DNA of 62,649 nt, counting the filler, from Sphacelaria rigidula (Eukaryota): the NCBI GenBank assembly GCA_964200075.2. It is 9 parts of 9 records of this genome, joined end to end, with 100 filler letters (N's around TTAATTAATTAA, not from the genome) between each part and the next. Parts side by side here need not be neighbours in the genome. Positions count along the whole stretch, not along the records: positions 1 to 6,874 come from CAXNAA020017643.1; positions 6,975 to 13,847 come from CAXNAA020017644.1; 7 more parts are not named here. The stretch is one strand, 5' to 3'. The notes below the pieces were generated by a model. That model did no database searches and was not told the DNA's origin. It saw only the letters and a program-made list of their open reading frames with translations. Below, one piece after another: positions 1 through 12,279 of the stretch (within the stretch, counting starts at the first letter, position 1; each line of letters starts with the position of its first letter). A program made the translations under genes and the position numbers.

Positions 1-301
1 GTCTTCGTCTTGGTCAGGGTTAGGGTTAGCTTTCGAGGTATGCAGGAGGCACCTCATTATTCGCGTCAACCATTTTTTCCGACCAGTTGGTAAAGAGGCC
101 TCCCGTGGCTCCCAAAGTGCACAGACGGTTCGACAAGTCTCCTAGGGCAGTCTAGCCGACACCTGAGGATCCTTCCTCGTGGCTAGAAGTTTCCTATGGA
201 CAAGATCTGTAGGAATGGTTCTACATAGAACCATAAGGTATATTGGGTACGCATACCTGGGACTCACGACGACTCACAGGATCAGGAACTTCTCTGTCGA
301 T

Positions 302-541
302 ACCTGTTCTCTATACCTGATACGAGTCATACTGCTACATGCTGTAACTTGCCACAAAAATAAGTTTTGAAGGAAAACGCCTCCACAATTTTACACCGCG
401 CAGGACTTTCGCCAATGCAGCAACGAGACCTGTTCTCTATACGAGTCGTACTGCTGCATGCTGTAATTTGCCACAAAAATAAGTTTTGAAGGAAAACGCC
501 TCCACAATTTTACACCGCGCAGGACTTTCGCCAGTGCAGCA
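302..541. repeat. Tandem duplication of ~120 bp (302-422 and 428-541)
   Basis: acctgttctctatac...gccacaaaaataagttttgaaggaaaacgcctccacaattttacaccgcgcaggactttcgcca.tgcagca occurs twice with few differences. Confidence 0.92.
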
Positions 542-1619
542 CTTCACTCCGCTACAGCCCTAGTGCACCCTCACCTCCCCACACCACCACATCGCACAAC
601 TTGACAAGAGGCACACCCAGTCGCTCTCTATACCCCTACCTTCACGCCCAACAGACGAACCGAAAGCGGCACTCGGATCTAAATAATATATCCATTCAGT
701 ATTCACAGCCTTCCCTGCTGACGGCAGATTCAGGAAACGCAACTCCCGCCGGGTACCCACGTGTAAAGCCGCGTCATCTCGAGAACCTGAGCCCACACAA
801 TACAAGCCTCCGGGAGTGAAGCAGGTTTCTCAAGGTATGTATGTGATATGATACTTGTGTCAGGGAGTCTATCGTCGGTGGTGATGAAGGATCGATATCC
901 TTGTAGTGTGCCGTGTGTATGCATCGCGTCTGTCTGTGAATTCTGCACAGCGATTGATGGACGACTCATCTACAATGTTATCATAACTCTCTCCTCTCGC
1001 CCACCGCAGTACCGTGTGTGTGAGTCACTAGTATTATACTGTAGTTCGTTTTACGCACTACTGTGCGCTGCATATGATGATTGATTTGTTTTACGTACCA
1101 CATGCGTGCATAAGGTAGATCTGCCGCGGAACCGATGGGGCTATCGCACCCACCCGGTTGGTACATGCGTATGCAAACAGTGTCGAGCCAGCATAGCCCC
1201 ACCTGCTGTGTGAGGTGCGAAGACAGCTATAATTTTCAGCGGCCACTTCCTGGCGAAGGCCGAGAAGGAGCGCCGATGTTTCGAAGAACCTGGTGCCGAA
1301 TTGAGTCCAGCATTTGATTGGGAATGAGAACTGAAATAATCGGAAATCCTGGTCCATTTTATCGACTGCTGTTTCTCAAGAATACTTCGCCGAGCCAGTC
1401 GAGAAGTGGCTCGGATGAAAGCTCAGCCGTGGGGCGAATCGAATGCTTCACGTTATGGCATTGGATTAGTCAAAAAGGCGTAAATCTATAGCTCCATATT
1501 TCCGGAAATGGTCGGTTGAAGCCCGAAACAGCGTCACTGCCGAAATGCCCCTCCTGGGCTGCTTATTCAAGGTCTTCTACCACGCGTCCGGTGGTAGCTT
1601 GCCTCTGAAGTCCCTGATG

Positions 1620-2238
1620 CACAGGCGGCCGGGGGTACACGTTATCCGCATTTCGGAACGTCCCTGATCCGTTTTTAAGGTTCAACATTTGGGCGAGGTT
1701 CAACTCGAAAACAGTGCTTTCCCTGACCTAAAGTCATGACCAATGAATTTCATGTGGACAACCGCATGCCCCCCGACCTCCTTGAAACGATTTTTGGGGG
1801 TTGCCCGTCTTCCATGCCCCCGAAGCGTAGATGCGAAAGCACCAGTTTCGGGCTAAAAACGCCCCCTTTTTCGCCCCGATATCGAGGCAAAGAGGTGCTT
1901 TCGCACATACGTGTTGGGGGCACGGAAGACGGGCAACCCCCAAAAATCGTTTCAAGGAGGTCGGGGGGTATGAGGTCGTCCATATGAAATTCATTGATCA
2001 TTACTGTAGGTCAGGGGAAGCACTGCTTTCGAGTTGAACCTCACCCAAATGTTGAACCTCGAAAACGGATCCAGGCTGTTCCTAGGCTATCGACAGGTTG
2101 AACAACCTGATTGCAGCACAAGCCCGTGTACCCAATTCGAACTGTACGCACGTCTTTCAACTTATTCATGACACGTACGCATCATGACCCAGGTACTCTC
2201 CAAAATGCGGATAACGTGTACACCAGCGGCCGCGTGTG
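1620..2238. mobile_element. Foldback-type non-autonomous DNA transposon with ~220-bp inverted arms and CAC...GTG ends (CMC/EnSpm-like)
   Basis: Left arm 1620-~1843 is the reverse complement of ~1895-2082 plus 2202-2238, which explains the mirror ORFs 1736..1987(+) and 1750..2001(-). Related arm sequence recurs at 41837-41872 and 48808-48838. A 2-bp TSD (tg) is possible but weak. Confidence 0.82.
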
Positions 2239-2640
2239 TGTCTCTGAGTTGAATAACGACGCGTAGCTATAATAGTACTCCAGGCGAAACACGCACACAT
2301 ACACAGAGAATGAAAAAATAGTGAAGTTAGAGAGAATAATAGAACTCACTCTCAATCAAGAGCTAGCACTCGATCTTGCGGAAAGGCTGTCATTTCTCTA
2401 CTGCTGCAGAACGATTTGTCCGCTGCGGTGGTACACACTTTTCGCCGCGTAGTTTTTCGGCAGGCAAATTTACTGGCGGCTATTTCAGCTGTGTGCCCTT
2501 GCAGCTATAGCCGTACTACCTCTGTCTGCTTTTTTCCTCTTCTCGATCAAATAAACGTACACTATATCACCTAAAACTGGGGAATGTCACAGTTGACGGC
2601 ATTTCTCTCACGAAAGTCGCGTGATCCGGGCCGTACTGTC

Positions 2641-2817
2641 GGTACTGCGTGGGGGGACCGCGTGCTTAAGGGACTGCATCAGGATCGACGTATTTCATAA
2701 CCAATCGGGCCAGTCCCTGCAAGGACCACACCCCTGACCTTAACCCCAACACTAACCCTAACCATAGGGATGTTGAAATCCCGATGCGGTCCCCTAAGCA
2801 CCCTTCCACGCATTACA
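2641..2817 (-). mobile_element. MITE carrying telomere-like (CCCTAA) repeats, degenerate copy
   Basis: Flanked by 5-bp direct repeat ctgtc (2636-2640 and 2818-2822). Ends ggtactgcgtgg...ccacgcattaca. Internal sequence is the reverse complement of the copy at 14414-14624. Confidence 0.85.
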
Positions 2818-3384
2818 CTGTCCCAATGTACGGCCGCTGATACCCAACTGAACACAGCACACCAGCAGCAGTAGTTGAATAAATAATAGTGCTGCTAGTA
2901 GGACTTGGCGGAAGGCCAATCACGTACACCTACTTCGCTCAATCACAACGTTTTCTAGAGTTCGCCATGCGGTTCACGTCCGAGTCGTTGGATCCACACT
3001 AGAAAACGATCACCAGCTTACGTGCGAAAGTCCCATCGTGGAGCCCATTGAAGAACCCACGGGTTCTCGCGCGGTTTGCAAATACACTGTTCTGCGGATT
3101 ACAGTGCTACTACTACAGAGACCGACAGAAGTATGTTACAATGAACGGATGTCTCCAAGATTTACGGCCAATCTAGCAGTGCACCTTCGCTACCAGCAGC
3201 ACCACCGTGGGAAACTATCGAGAAAAAAACGTGTATTGCGAGCGTCGTCCACCGGCACACACTGCGTTCTTGCAGCATGTGTAGCCTTCTTCATAGAGGC
3301 CAAGGCTTGTACTACATGGCACTTTTAGCTGTCCGTACAATGTTCCGCGAGCGCGGTCGAAAATTTTATACACGTGTCACACCA

Positions 3385-5008
3385 AGGATCTTTCGGGAGA
3401 AGTATTTCGGACACGGAGGCCCCCTCCCCCGCCCTCCCGGGGGCAATTTTCGAAAAATGTCATAATTTTTGTTGTTAAGGTCAACTCTAATGGGAGCCAA
3501 TCGAAAAATTATGTTCAAAAAATTTAAACGCCTTTTTTCTCTACACGATTCTAAACCGGTACAAAAAAACACACTATTATGGTATAAAGTTGGAGTTTTA
3601 CATGGATGGATGTTGAAGCTGGCGTGACCTAGGAGGTGTGCACCTTTACAGCACCCCAAAAAATATATGAGGCGGATTTTTGGCGAAACAAGGAAAGTGA
3701 GAACCGGGGAAATACGAGAGATGCAATGACGGCAACAGCACGCGAGTAAATCAGCGACTTCAGGCAGGGCAACAATCACGCGCAAGGTTGTACGGACATT
3801 GTCGCAGGTCGAAACGCGGACTGCCTCCCGCTCGAAAAGGAGAAAAAGCAGCAGCAGCTGAAGCAGCTGCAGCAGAATCTTCACTGCCAGTGGATATATA
3901 CGGCTGGGGGTAGGTCTGAATCAGTGGACGCCAATATCGCTGCTGCTGCTGCTGCTGCTCTTCCTCGTGCGAGAAACAGTCCGCGTTTCGATGGCGCGAC
4001 GACGCCCGCGTACCTTGCGGGTGACGGTGACCGTGCTAGAAAGCTTTAGTCCGTACTACCCGCCGATGGGTCCGCACTTCCTCCCTCGGCTATGTTCTGG
4101 GAGAAATTGCAGTGCAAATCTCTCTGTGGGGGCTGTGCACGTCGAGTGTGTCTCACGCGTGGCTGCTGCTGGCGATGGAAGCCAGCTGTGCGCCCATGAA
4201 TAGTCACGTGACCTTTATAACTTCATCTCAACAGCATTTCATTTTCAAATTCGACAAGACAGCACTGCCTGCCAACTGCAGTTGTTCGGAATGCAATAGT
4301 AGTACAGCAGCTCAGGTAATCCAGCAGAGACCAGACAGGTTTGGTGAGGTTCGAATACACGATTGGGCCGTGACAGGTGCAGCACATGAGAGAGCTGTCT
4401 GCATGAGCTGCTGTACAACAAAACATGACATGTTCCATTTTACTTTTTGTGCCAACTTTTGAGCAGGTCCTCAAGCATTTAGAATCGTCCCCCAAATCTG
4501 AGCGCTTGGCCAAATTTTGCAGTTTTTTGGGTCCGTTTAGAATTTTGGGGTTCTAAATCTTGACGATTTTGTTCCATAACGGTCGCTTTTGTGATCACCT
4601 GTTCAAATGTTTCGAAGAACAACACGTGAACGGCTCCCATTAGAGTCGGTCTAATGCTGAAGAAATCGATCAAGAAACACGGACAAAAACGGGAAAGTCT
4701 GGTGAGCTTTGCGAGCTTTGTATATTTTCTTCTGCTCCATATTTGCTTCTGCTCTTTGCCCGCTCTATCCCGATGACATCGGATGCCGGCCACACTCACA
4801 CACATGTACGCACACGAGCGCATGGTAGCGACAACCTGTAGCCAAAGTAGCATCATTTTCCCACACCTCGTCAGATTTTCCCGAACTACAGGTGGGTACT
4901 CGAGGCACACGACACGGAACATGATCCCATGAATATAATCATGTTAATTGATGAGCTCGGGGGGGCGGTGTGTCCGCCATTTCATCGGTCTCCATGCCGA
5001 GGATCTCT
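3385..5008. mobile_element. Possible old non-autonomous DNA transposon with degenerate inverted repeats
   Basis: Exact inverted pair actctaatgggagcc (3484-3498) / ggctcccattagagt (4632-4646). Looser inverted similarity (gatc..tcgg...cggacac vs gtgtccg...ccga.gatc) near the proposed ends. No coding capacity. Confidence 0.3.
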
Positions 5009-6874
5009 GTACACGGAAGCTGACCGCATCCGCCAACGCCTCGGCAATAAACTAGGAGACAGCAGGCGGGGTGGCTCATTCCCCCTCCCCCCTCAAAACC
5101 TCAAATTGTCGGTCTTGGGGCCTACGTGTTCAGAAATTCTTTTTCGACAAACCCTTGGTTAGGCCCATTATTGTCGACACTGTTTTTTCGGATATCTCGG
5201 AAATTGTCGGGTTGGCAACCTGATGATTCTCGAGTGCTTGCGCGCGCCACGGCGTATTGACAACAGGGCAGCTCTCCGAAGTGCTGTTTTGCAGTCCGAA
5301 TATTTCAAACTTTTCCAAAAAACAGTTTCGGAGAAAATATCTAGCTGCTTCGTTTTCGGAGAAGTTTGAACGCAGAGTCCGAAAACTCTGGAAAATTCTG
5401 AGATCTCTGGGGGAAAACTGTCTCGATAGTAATAGTCCTCAGGTAAAAACGTCGAATACCCGGTAACAAAAGTAGGGGAAAACAGCCAAGGTTCCAAAAG
5501 GGTTGAGTTGGCTGGCAAAATGAGCGGGTGCCTGCTCTCCCGCCTGTCTATTTGCCTCCCCCCCCCCGCGCCCCCCCCCCTCCCCTCTAGCCAATTCCAG
5601 CTCCTGTTGCTATTTGATGCTCCCCAACCTTTAATTTTTGCCTTCGACGCCGCTCCCCACGGTGTTGATGCTCGTGTTCAGTGTCCGACCCGCTGCCTTG
5701 ACTCATGCATGAGCGTCCTACTGCATTGTTCGCCACGTTCGTGACCCCCCTTTCCCACATTTTTCCAAAGGTGTTCGAACAACTTTCCGTACACATGGTG
5801 GGACTACTCGAATATGTCCCTCGCCAACCCTCCATATCTCTTTGATGTGCATTCCACCCCCCCTCTGGACAATTTTCACGCATCTGCGCCCCCTCCCCTG
5901 CCATCCCAACTCTCTGCAACATCCCTTCACAGCCCCCGACTCATCACAGGCCCATGAGCGCTCGCGGTTCTGGTCGCCACAGACATGGCAGCGCCCCAAG
6001 CAATGGTTTCACCGTGCTCTTCCCGAACAGTTCTATGCGGCATGCCTCACGACCGAGCGCTTGTCCCGTAGTGGTTGTGCCCGTAATTCCGGCTGCGGGG
6101 GGACGCCCCGAGAGGAAGGATGGCATGGGCAAGAACGAGCGAGCAGAGAGTAGAAGAGAGGGGGGAAGAACTATACATAGAGAGGGCAAGCAAGAGAAAA
6201 GGGGGGAGAAGAAGGAGGAGAAGAAGGAGGAGAAGAAGGATCGAAAAAATAAGCCCGTTGTGTTGTCGGTTCCATTTTGGAAAAAGGGGGTGGATAGGTC
6301 GACCGGGTTGGTGTGCTGGGTGCACTCTGTGACGAAGAAGAAGACATTCAGGGACCCCTACATATGAAGCAAAGGGCTGGTGACCTGGGTGTTGTTGTCG
6401 TTGCTGTTGTTGTTGTCGTTGCGGTTGTTATTGTCATTATTATTGCTGTTTCGAAAAGGAGGATCATACGGGAAGGGTGGACGTCGTCGCAGCGGAGCAG
6501 GTAGAGATTTGTCCGGTGTGTAATCGAACGTTACACGGGATGATCCCGTATCACTGTACAGACAATCCCTCGTTTGGTGTGATGTATATGGCCCGAAGAG
6601 GCTTGTTTGGTGTGCTCTTGTATCCGTGTAACATTTCATAAAGGTATGCGTGAAAAAACAATGGAACATTAGTTGTGTGGTGAGTCATGACTATTTATTT
6701 GTCTTCACATTCATGACCTTCAAATCTTGTTGATGCAAAATGCGGCCCGCAGTTGTTGTGGATAGATCGAAGGAGGAGTACGTGCAGCATTCTGATTGAT
6801 ATGTGGTACTCATGATCATGCATGCCATAGTCATAAGACCATTGACCTCGCATCCCCACCAGGCCGGGACAGAG

Positions 6875-6974
6875 NNNNNNNNNNNNNNNNNNNNNNNNNN
6901 NNNNNNNNNNNNNNNNNNTTAATTAATTAANNNNNNNNNNNNNNNNNNNNNNNNNNNNNNNNNNNNNNNNNNNN
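6875..6974. other. Artificial contig spacer (N44-TTAATTAATTAA-N44). Identical spacers at 13848-13947, 20821-20920, 27793-27892, 34765-34864, 41737-41836, 48708-48807 and 55679-55778
   Basis: Eight identical 100-bp N blocks, each with a six-frame stop linker. The segments between them decrease monotonically from 6874 to 6871 bp, as expected for length-sorted concatenated contigs. Confidence 0.98.
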
Positions 6975-7523
6975 TCTCGCGGTCCAAGGGTCAACTCCTG
7001 CTGCGGAGGTTTGGGAAGGAAGCTACTTTCGCTCTGTCTTACTCTTTCGTATCTTCCCTGCAATAGAGAAATGAGACTTCAACCTCGTTTTTTGTTTCAA
7101 CCCCACAAATTAGGATCGGCTGTTCATACCTTTCTCTCTAAAAAAAAGCCCATTTTGTTCTTTCTTCGACATGCCTTTGCTATTCACCACGATGAGTGTC
7201 AAATCACAATTCGAACATTTGAGCTGAAAATCTGAGACAGGGTCCGAGAGCATTGTCCATTTTTCGTCAAACTCAGTAAGAAAACCTAGCGTTTGGGGGG
7301 CGAGGGGGGGTAGTCGAGCATCCTACCCCTCCTGAGACATCCAAAGTAAAAATGGGTACGCAGGTGTACGGGGATTGCTTTTCGTGCACCTCTGCTTTAC
7401 CCAGTCGCGGAGTCGTCCCCTACATGGCCGATTTTATCTATTGTAGGCTAATACTACCCTGCCCTCTGCACTCTGCACCTCCCACTCTCTATCCAATTGG
7501 ATGATGACATACTCCTGCAACAG

Positions 7524-8870
7524 GTGGACAATGTCATTCCTCCACAAGAGCTTGCCGCGCCTGCAGCACCAGCCAGACGGACCACAGACGCGGGCAAGAA
7601 ATGTGAGGCTCGCACCAGACGCAACATGCTCTGTAACATGTCACGTGTTAAGTGATTAATGATCTCCTCCGTCAACTCGACCTGCCCCTGGAGCGATTTA
7701 CCGCGAGAGTGAGTTAACTGTACTTATTAGTCTATCAAGTACAAGTACCACTCCCACCTCCTAACTAAGGTCGTGTAAAGGTGTGTGAAACGGAACCGTT
7801 TCATTCATGATGGGAGAACACGAAACGCCGTTCATTATGTGGTCGTTACTAAGGAACGTGGGTGGTACCAGATTCCGACTGAAGTACAGGAACGGCCACT
7901 ATTTCATCATGTCGTCCGACTATCATCAATTATTGGGGTGATACATCGTGTTTGATTTTGTCTTCTTGATATCCCTATCGAAATCAATCGAGGCAGCGTG
8001 GCCCGAGTCCGAGGACGAGCCAGGGTTCTACGACGGGTGGGAGGCGAACGAGAACGAAGAAGCTTTCCGCTTGTTCGAAGCCAGGGATAATGACCACGGT
8101 ACGCATGAAGGAAAGCCGGTAGTGCCAGTGATGACTTGGCAACTCAGCAGCGTAGCCCAGAACGATTAGCGAAGCATGGCGGGTTTTTTGTATGACTGGC
8201 GTTACACGTGTATTTCCCTTGTTTCCCAGGGTTTCTGAACCGGTTTCGACTACGTGAGACGCTCATCGCTGAAGAGCTTGTATTCGATTTCTGATTAATT
8301 GGTGTCAAGTTACCATGCGAATAACCAACAGCAGCAATGAATTGCCATCTTTGCTTAGATGTGTATCAAAAGCAGCCGCAATGTTCAAACAATAATTGAA
8401 AAGCAAATCTCGATATTGTGTACCTCTGCGCTCTTTAGGAGCGCACATATGTTCGGTGCTCGCCGATCTGAGCTATACCTTGAGTCATTGACCGCTGCAT
8501 GCGAATCCCAACCACCGTGTGGTACCCCACACCAGGTCTCACGGCAGATGACCCCGCTGGTTCGAAAAAAGCGCTTTACGTCGCCGACAACTATGACGCG
8601 GATTTCGCCTTCACCGGGAACCTCGATAGGGAGGAAGCCGTCCTGAAGGCGAGAGCTGCAGCACAAGAAGAGATGGATTTGACGAGCTACTCGTTCCATC
8701 TGGAAGAGTTGGATTTGACGAGCTACTCGTTCCATCTGGGAGAGTTGGATTTGACGAGCTACTCGTTTCGTCTGGAAGAAGAGATGGAACAAGGTGACGG
8801 TTCCATGGGGAACGCTTATGGTGTCGAAGATGTGTATGCCTTGAGCTACTCGTACCATCAGGAATACTAA
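7524..8870 (+). CDS. 3' part of a spliced host gene (exons 7524-7602, 7997-8098, 8536-8870). Acidic protein with a 12-aa C-terminal tandem repeat (ELDLTSYSFHLE); function unknown
   Basis: Three AG/GT-bounded segments whose phases fit (end phase 1, phase 1/1, phase 1 to TAA) and give one open frame: VDNVIPPQELAAPAAPARRTTDAGKK-SWPESEDEPGFYDGWEANENEEAFRLFEARDNDH-GLTADDPAGSKKALYVADNYDADFAFTGNLD...YSYHQEY*. Confidence 0.72.
8672..8783 (+). repeat. Coding 36-bp tandem repeat, 3 copies
   Basis: ggatttgacgagctactcgttccatctggaagagtt repeated in frame inside the last exon. Confidence 0.93.
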
Positions 8871-10339
8871 GTCAGTTGAGATACCCTGCGTCCGACGAGA
8901 AATTGTCGTGTATGTATGGCGCGGATTATGTAACACCGCGACCCAAATAAAAACGTTTTATGCTTCGACAGCGAGCGAAAAACGGTAGCGCGTTTGCTTT
9001 TATTATTATGTCGCCGATGTTCTGGGTGTGCTTGCTGCATAGGATCTCAGTAGCTAAGCTGCCGTGTATGATGGTCGAGGGAAGTATGGCAGTCACCCTT
9101 CCCCCCCCCCGTTCCTGACGAGTTTCTGTCGCGAGTTGATGTACTGCACGTGGCTGCTGGTCAATGTGGTGTAACCTCATCGGAAGCTGAACATGGAGAG
9201 GTATCATGATTTCCCATGAGATCCAATAGTAGTGTTGTCAAGATACCGCGAATAAACGACATCGCGTTCCCGCTCCAGTACCGCCTCTTCCTCGCTTCGT
9301 CGGTCTTTCATTCTTTGAAGCCTCCCTTCTTTTTTATGTATTATTCGTGCAATCACTGCTCCATTTATTTGTTCGATTCGTTTGTGTGGTCGTCTCGGGT
9401 AGTACGGTCGATGCTGCACGGTCACTTGTACTTTAATTGTGTCCTCTCTCGTTGTCTCGCCGCACGAAATGCAGCGTGGAGTCTTAAATCTATCTCTACT
9501 CCACACGAGTATGGTTGAAGGCGATGTACAGACTTCTGTTTTTGAACCGTGTCTAATGACGTATTGGGTAGACCAACATTTTGTGCCCCCAAGGGGTTTC
9601 CGATTTCTTGTTCAATACTTCTATTTTTCCTGCTTTCGTCGTGTGCATCGTGTCGTTGTGTTTCTGTTGATGACGAATGAGGTACCTTTCGTCTCTGCAT
9701 GAGTGATATTGAATGTCGAGTAGTCCAGGTCGACAGGTACATGCATGGTTGCGTGCTCGGAGAGTATTACCTACGTTTACAAACAGGACAGCTTTTTCAC
9801 GAGATTAGGAACGTTTCCTTTTTGGAACATGAGTTTCTTGTGATTCACAGTAATACGGTCGAATCGTCCGAACCTGCCGTTATCGAGCTGGAAGATCGTG
9901 ATCTGACGCGACTTGTGGCGTAGTCAGATTTGAAGTCGATGACGCCTCTCATGAGGTACAGCCAACAACGTGCAATCATTGACCACGTCGATCTCGAAAT
10001 TTTCTGCACCGGAATTCCCGTCAGATCACGAGCTTTCAGGAGGTGGTGACTTTCATTTCGGACGATTCGACCTTGTTTCGGTGCAAATAACGGAAACCTC
10101 CCCATTCCGAAAAAAAAGCGTTCCTGGTCTCACAAAGATCTTGTCTTGGGTGAAACTGTTCAATCCTCATGCCAAGTGCAGCCATGCGCTGTTCCTGAGT
10201 TTTTTGTCTTCTTGGTTGTTGTGTTCGTGGGATGGTCCTCGTATCAGCTTTGTTGGTGCAATGTGAGAAGTCACGTGGAGGCATTCGCATGACATTTCAT
10301 TGTATTCCATGAACTTTGATAAAATAGCTTTTTTTTTTT

Positions 10340-12271
10340 TGCTGATGCACTTATGATCCATGTTGGCAGGCAAGACTGAATTAGAGCAGCTCTTGAGCGT
10401 TACTCCGGGCATTGCTGCTGATAGGTCACTGTTCGTGTGATGGTCCGATTTTGTTGTCGCTGTTCGTGCGATGATAGTGCTTGCCCTCATCCCCTGCGCG
10501 GTTAGAGTGACATGGGAGGTAGTTGGAGGCGGCCTTTATGTGAGTCATGCAGTTTGTGATATGTCCATGTGGAACAAATAGCGTTCACTGAAAATGTGGT
10601 GAGTTTGTTTTTTCACTTGAGCAGATCATCCCACGATGGCCCTCCGTATACTGTGTGATTGGAGGGATATAGGAGTAAGTTGGGGAGGGCTTCCATGCGA
10701 TCCGCCGGTCTTGTTCAAGTAGGTTTTTCGTAGTCTCATAACTCATTGCTGGATGTTGCCGATGCAGTTATGATCCGTGTTGGCCGGCAAGACGAAAGTA
10801 GAGCTCTTGAATATTGCTCTCGGCATCGCTCCTGATAGGTCGTGGTTCGTGCGATGATCCGATGATATTGCTGTTCGTGTGATGATGATGATAGTGCTTC
10901 CCCTCTTCCACTGTGCGGTTGAAGTGACATGGGGGGTAGCTGGAGGAGGCCTTCATGTAATTCATGTGGTATGTAATATATTCGTGTGGAACAAATAGCG
11001 TTCACTGAAAATGTGATAAGTTTGTTTCTTCACTTGAGCAGAACATCCCACGATGGCCCTCCATATACTGTGTGATTGGAGTGGTATAGGAGTAAGTTGG
11101 GGAGGGCTTCCATGCGATCCGCCGGTCTTGTTCAAGTAGGTTTTCGTAGGACATTACTCATTGCTGGATGTTGCCGATGCAGTTATGATCCGTGTTGGCC
11201 GGCAAGACGAAAGTAGAGCTCTTGAATATTGCTCTCGGCATCGCTAGTATTTGGTCACGGTTCGTGCGATGATCCGATGATGCTGTTGCTGTTTGTGTGA
11301 TGATGATGATAGTGCTTCCCCTCCTCCACTGTGCGGTTGAAGTGAAATGCGAGGTAGTTGGAGGCGGTCTTCATGTCAGTCATGTGGTATGTAATATATT
11401 CGTGTGGAACAAATAGCGTTCACTGAAAATGTGGTGAGTTTGTTTCTTCACCTGAGCAGATCATCTCACGATGGCCCTCCGTATACTGTGTGATTGGAGG
11501 GATATAGGAGTAAGTTAGGGAGGGCTTCCATGCGATCCACCGGTCTTGTTCAAGTAGGTTTTCGTAGTCTCATAACTCATTGCTGGATGTTGCCGATGCA
11601 GTTATGATCCGTGTTGGCCGGCAAGACGAAAGTAGAGCTCTTGAATATTGCTCTCGGCATCGCTCCTGATAGGTCGTGGTTCGTGCGATGATCCGATGAT
11701 ATTGCTGTTCGTGTGATGATGATGATAGTGCTTCCCCTCCTCCACTGCGAAGTCGGAGTGACAAGGGAGATAGTTGGAGACAGTCTTCATGTGAGTCATG
11801 CGGTATGTAATATATTCGTGTGGAACGAATAGCGTTCACTGAATATGTGGTGAGTTCGTTTCTTCACCTGATCAGATCATCCCACGATAGTGCTTGCCCT
11901 CATCTTTATACTGTGTGATTGGAGGGATATAGGAGTAAGTTGGGGAGGGCTTCCATGCGATCCACCGGTCTTGTTCAAGTAGGTTTTTCGTAGTCTCATA
12001 ACTCATTGCTGGATGTCGCTGATGCAGTTATGATCCGTGTTGGCCAGCAAGACGAAAGTAGAGCTCTTGGATATTGCTTTCGTCGTTGCTCCTGATGGAT
12101 CACGGTTCTTGCGATAATCCGATGATATTGCTGTTTTTGTGATGATGATAGTGCTTCCCCTCTTCCACTGTGCGGTTGGAATGACATGAGAAATAGTTGG
12201 GGTGGCCTTCATGTGATCCATGCAGTATGTAACATATCCGTGTGGAGCAAACAGCGTTCACTGAAAATGTG
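10340..12271. repeat. Tandem array of ~415-426 bp units, about 4.6 copies
   Basis: Anchor actcattgctggatg at 10741, 11156, 11575 and 12001, plus a diverged first copy from ~10340. It produces the duplicated ORFs 10736..11005 and 11570..11839. Confidence 0.95.
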
Positions 12272-12279
12272 CTAGTACT

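Noticed and set aside
16..29. True telomere at the window start (also ttagggttaggg near 61215)
   Set aside because: Only 2-3 units embedded in other sequence; interstitial.
1734..2037. Overlapping sense and antisense ORFs encoding similar peptides
   Set aside because: A by-product of the DNA palindrome.
6919..6930. Conserved TTAATTAATTAA motif recurring about every 6.97 kb
   Set aside because: Artificial six-frame stop linker inside N spacers.
8672..8783. 36-bp repeats as CRISPR direct repeats
   Set aside because: Head-to-tail with no spacers, and in frame within an exon.
9790..10165. SET-domain remnant
   Set aside because: The resemblance needed hand-picked frameshifts; the continuous frame lacks the RFINH and ELxxDY motifs.
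10340..12271. Retrozyme-like array with hammerhead ribozymes, or a coding repeat
   Set aside because: I found no intact CUGANGA...GAAA core with flanking stems by eye. Unit lengths do not preserve frame and all frames have stops. An Infernal search would be the decisive test.
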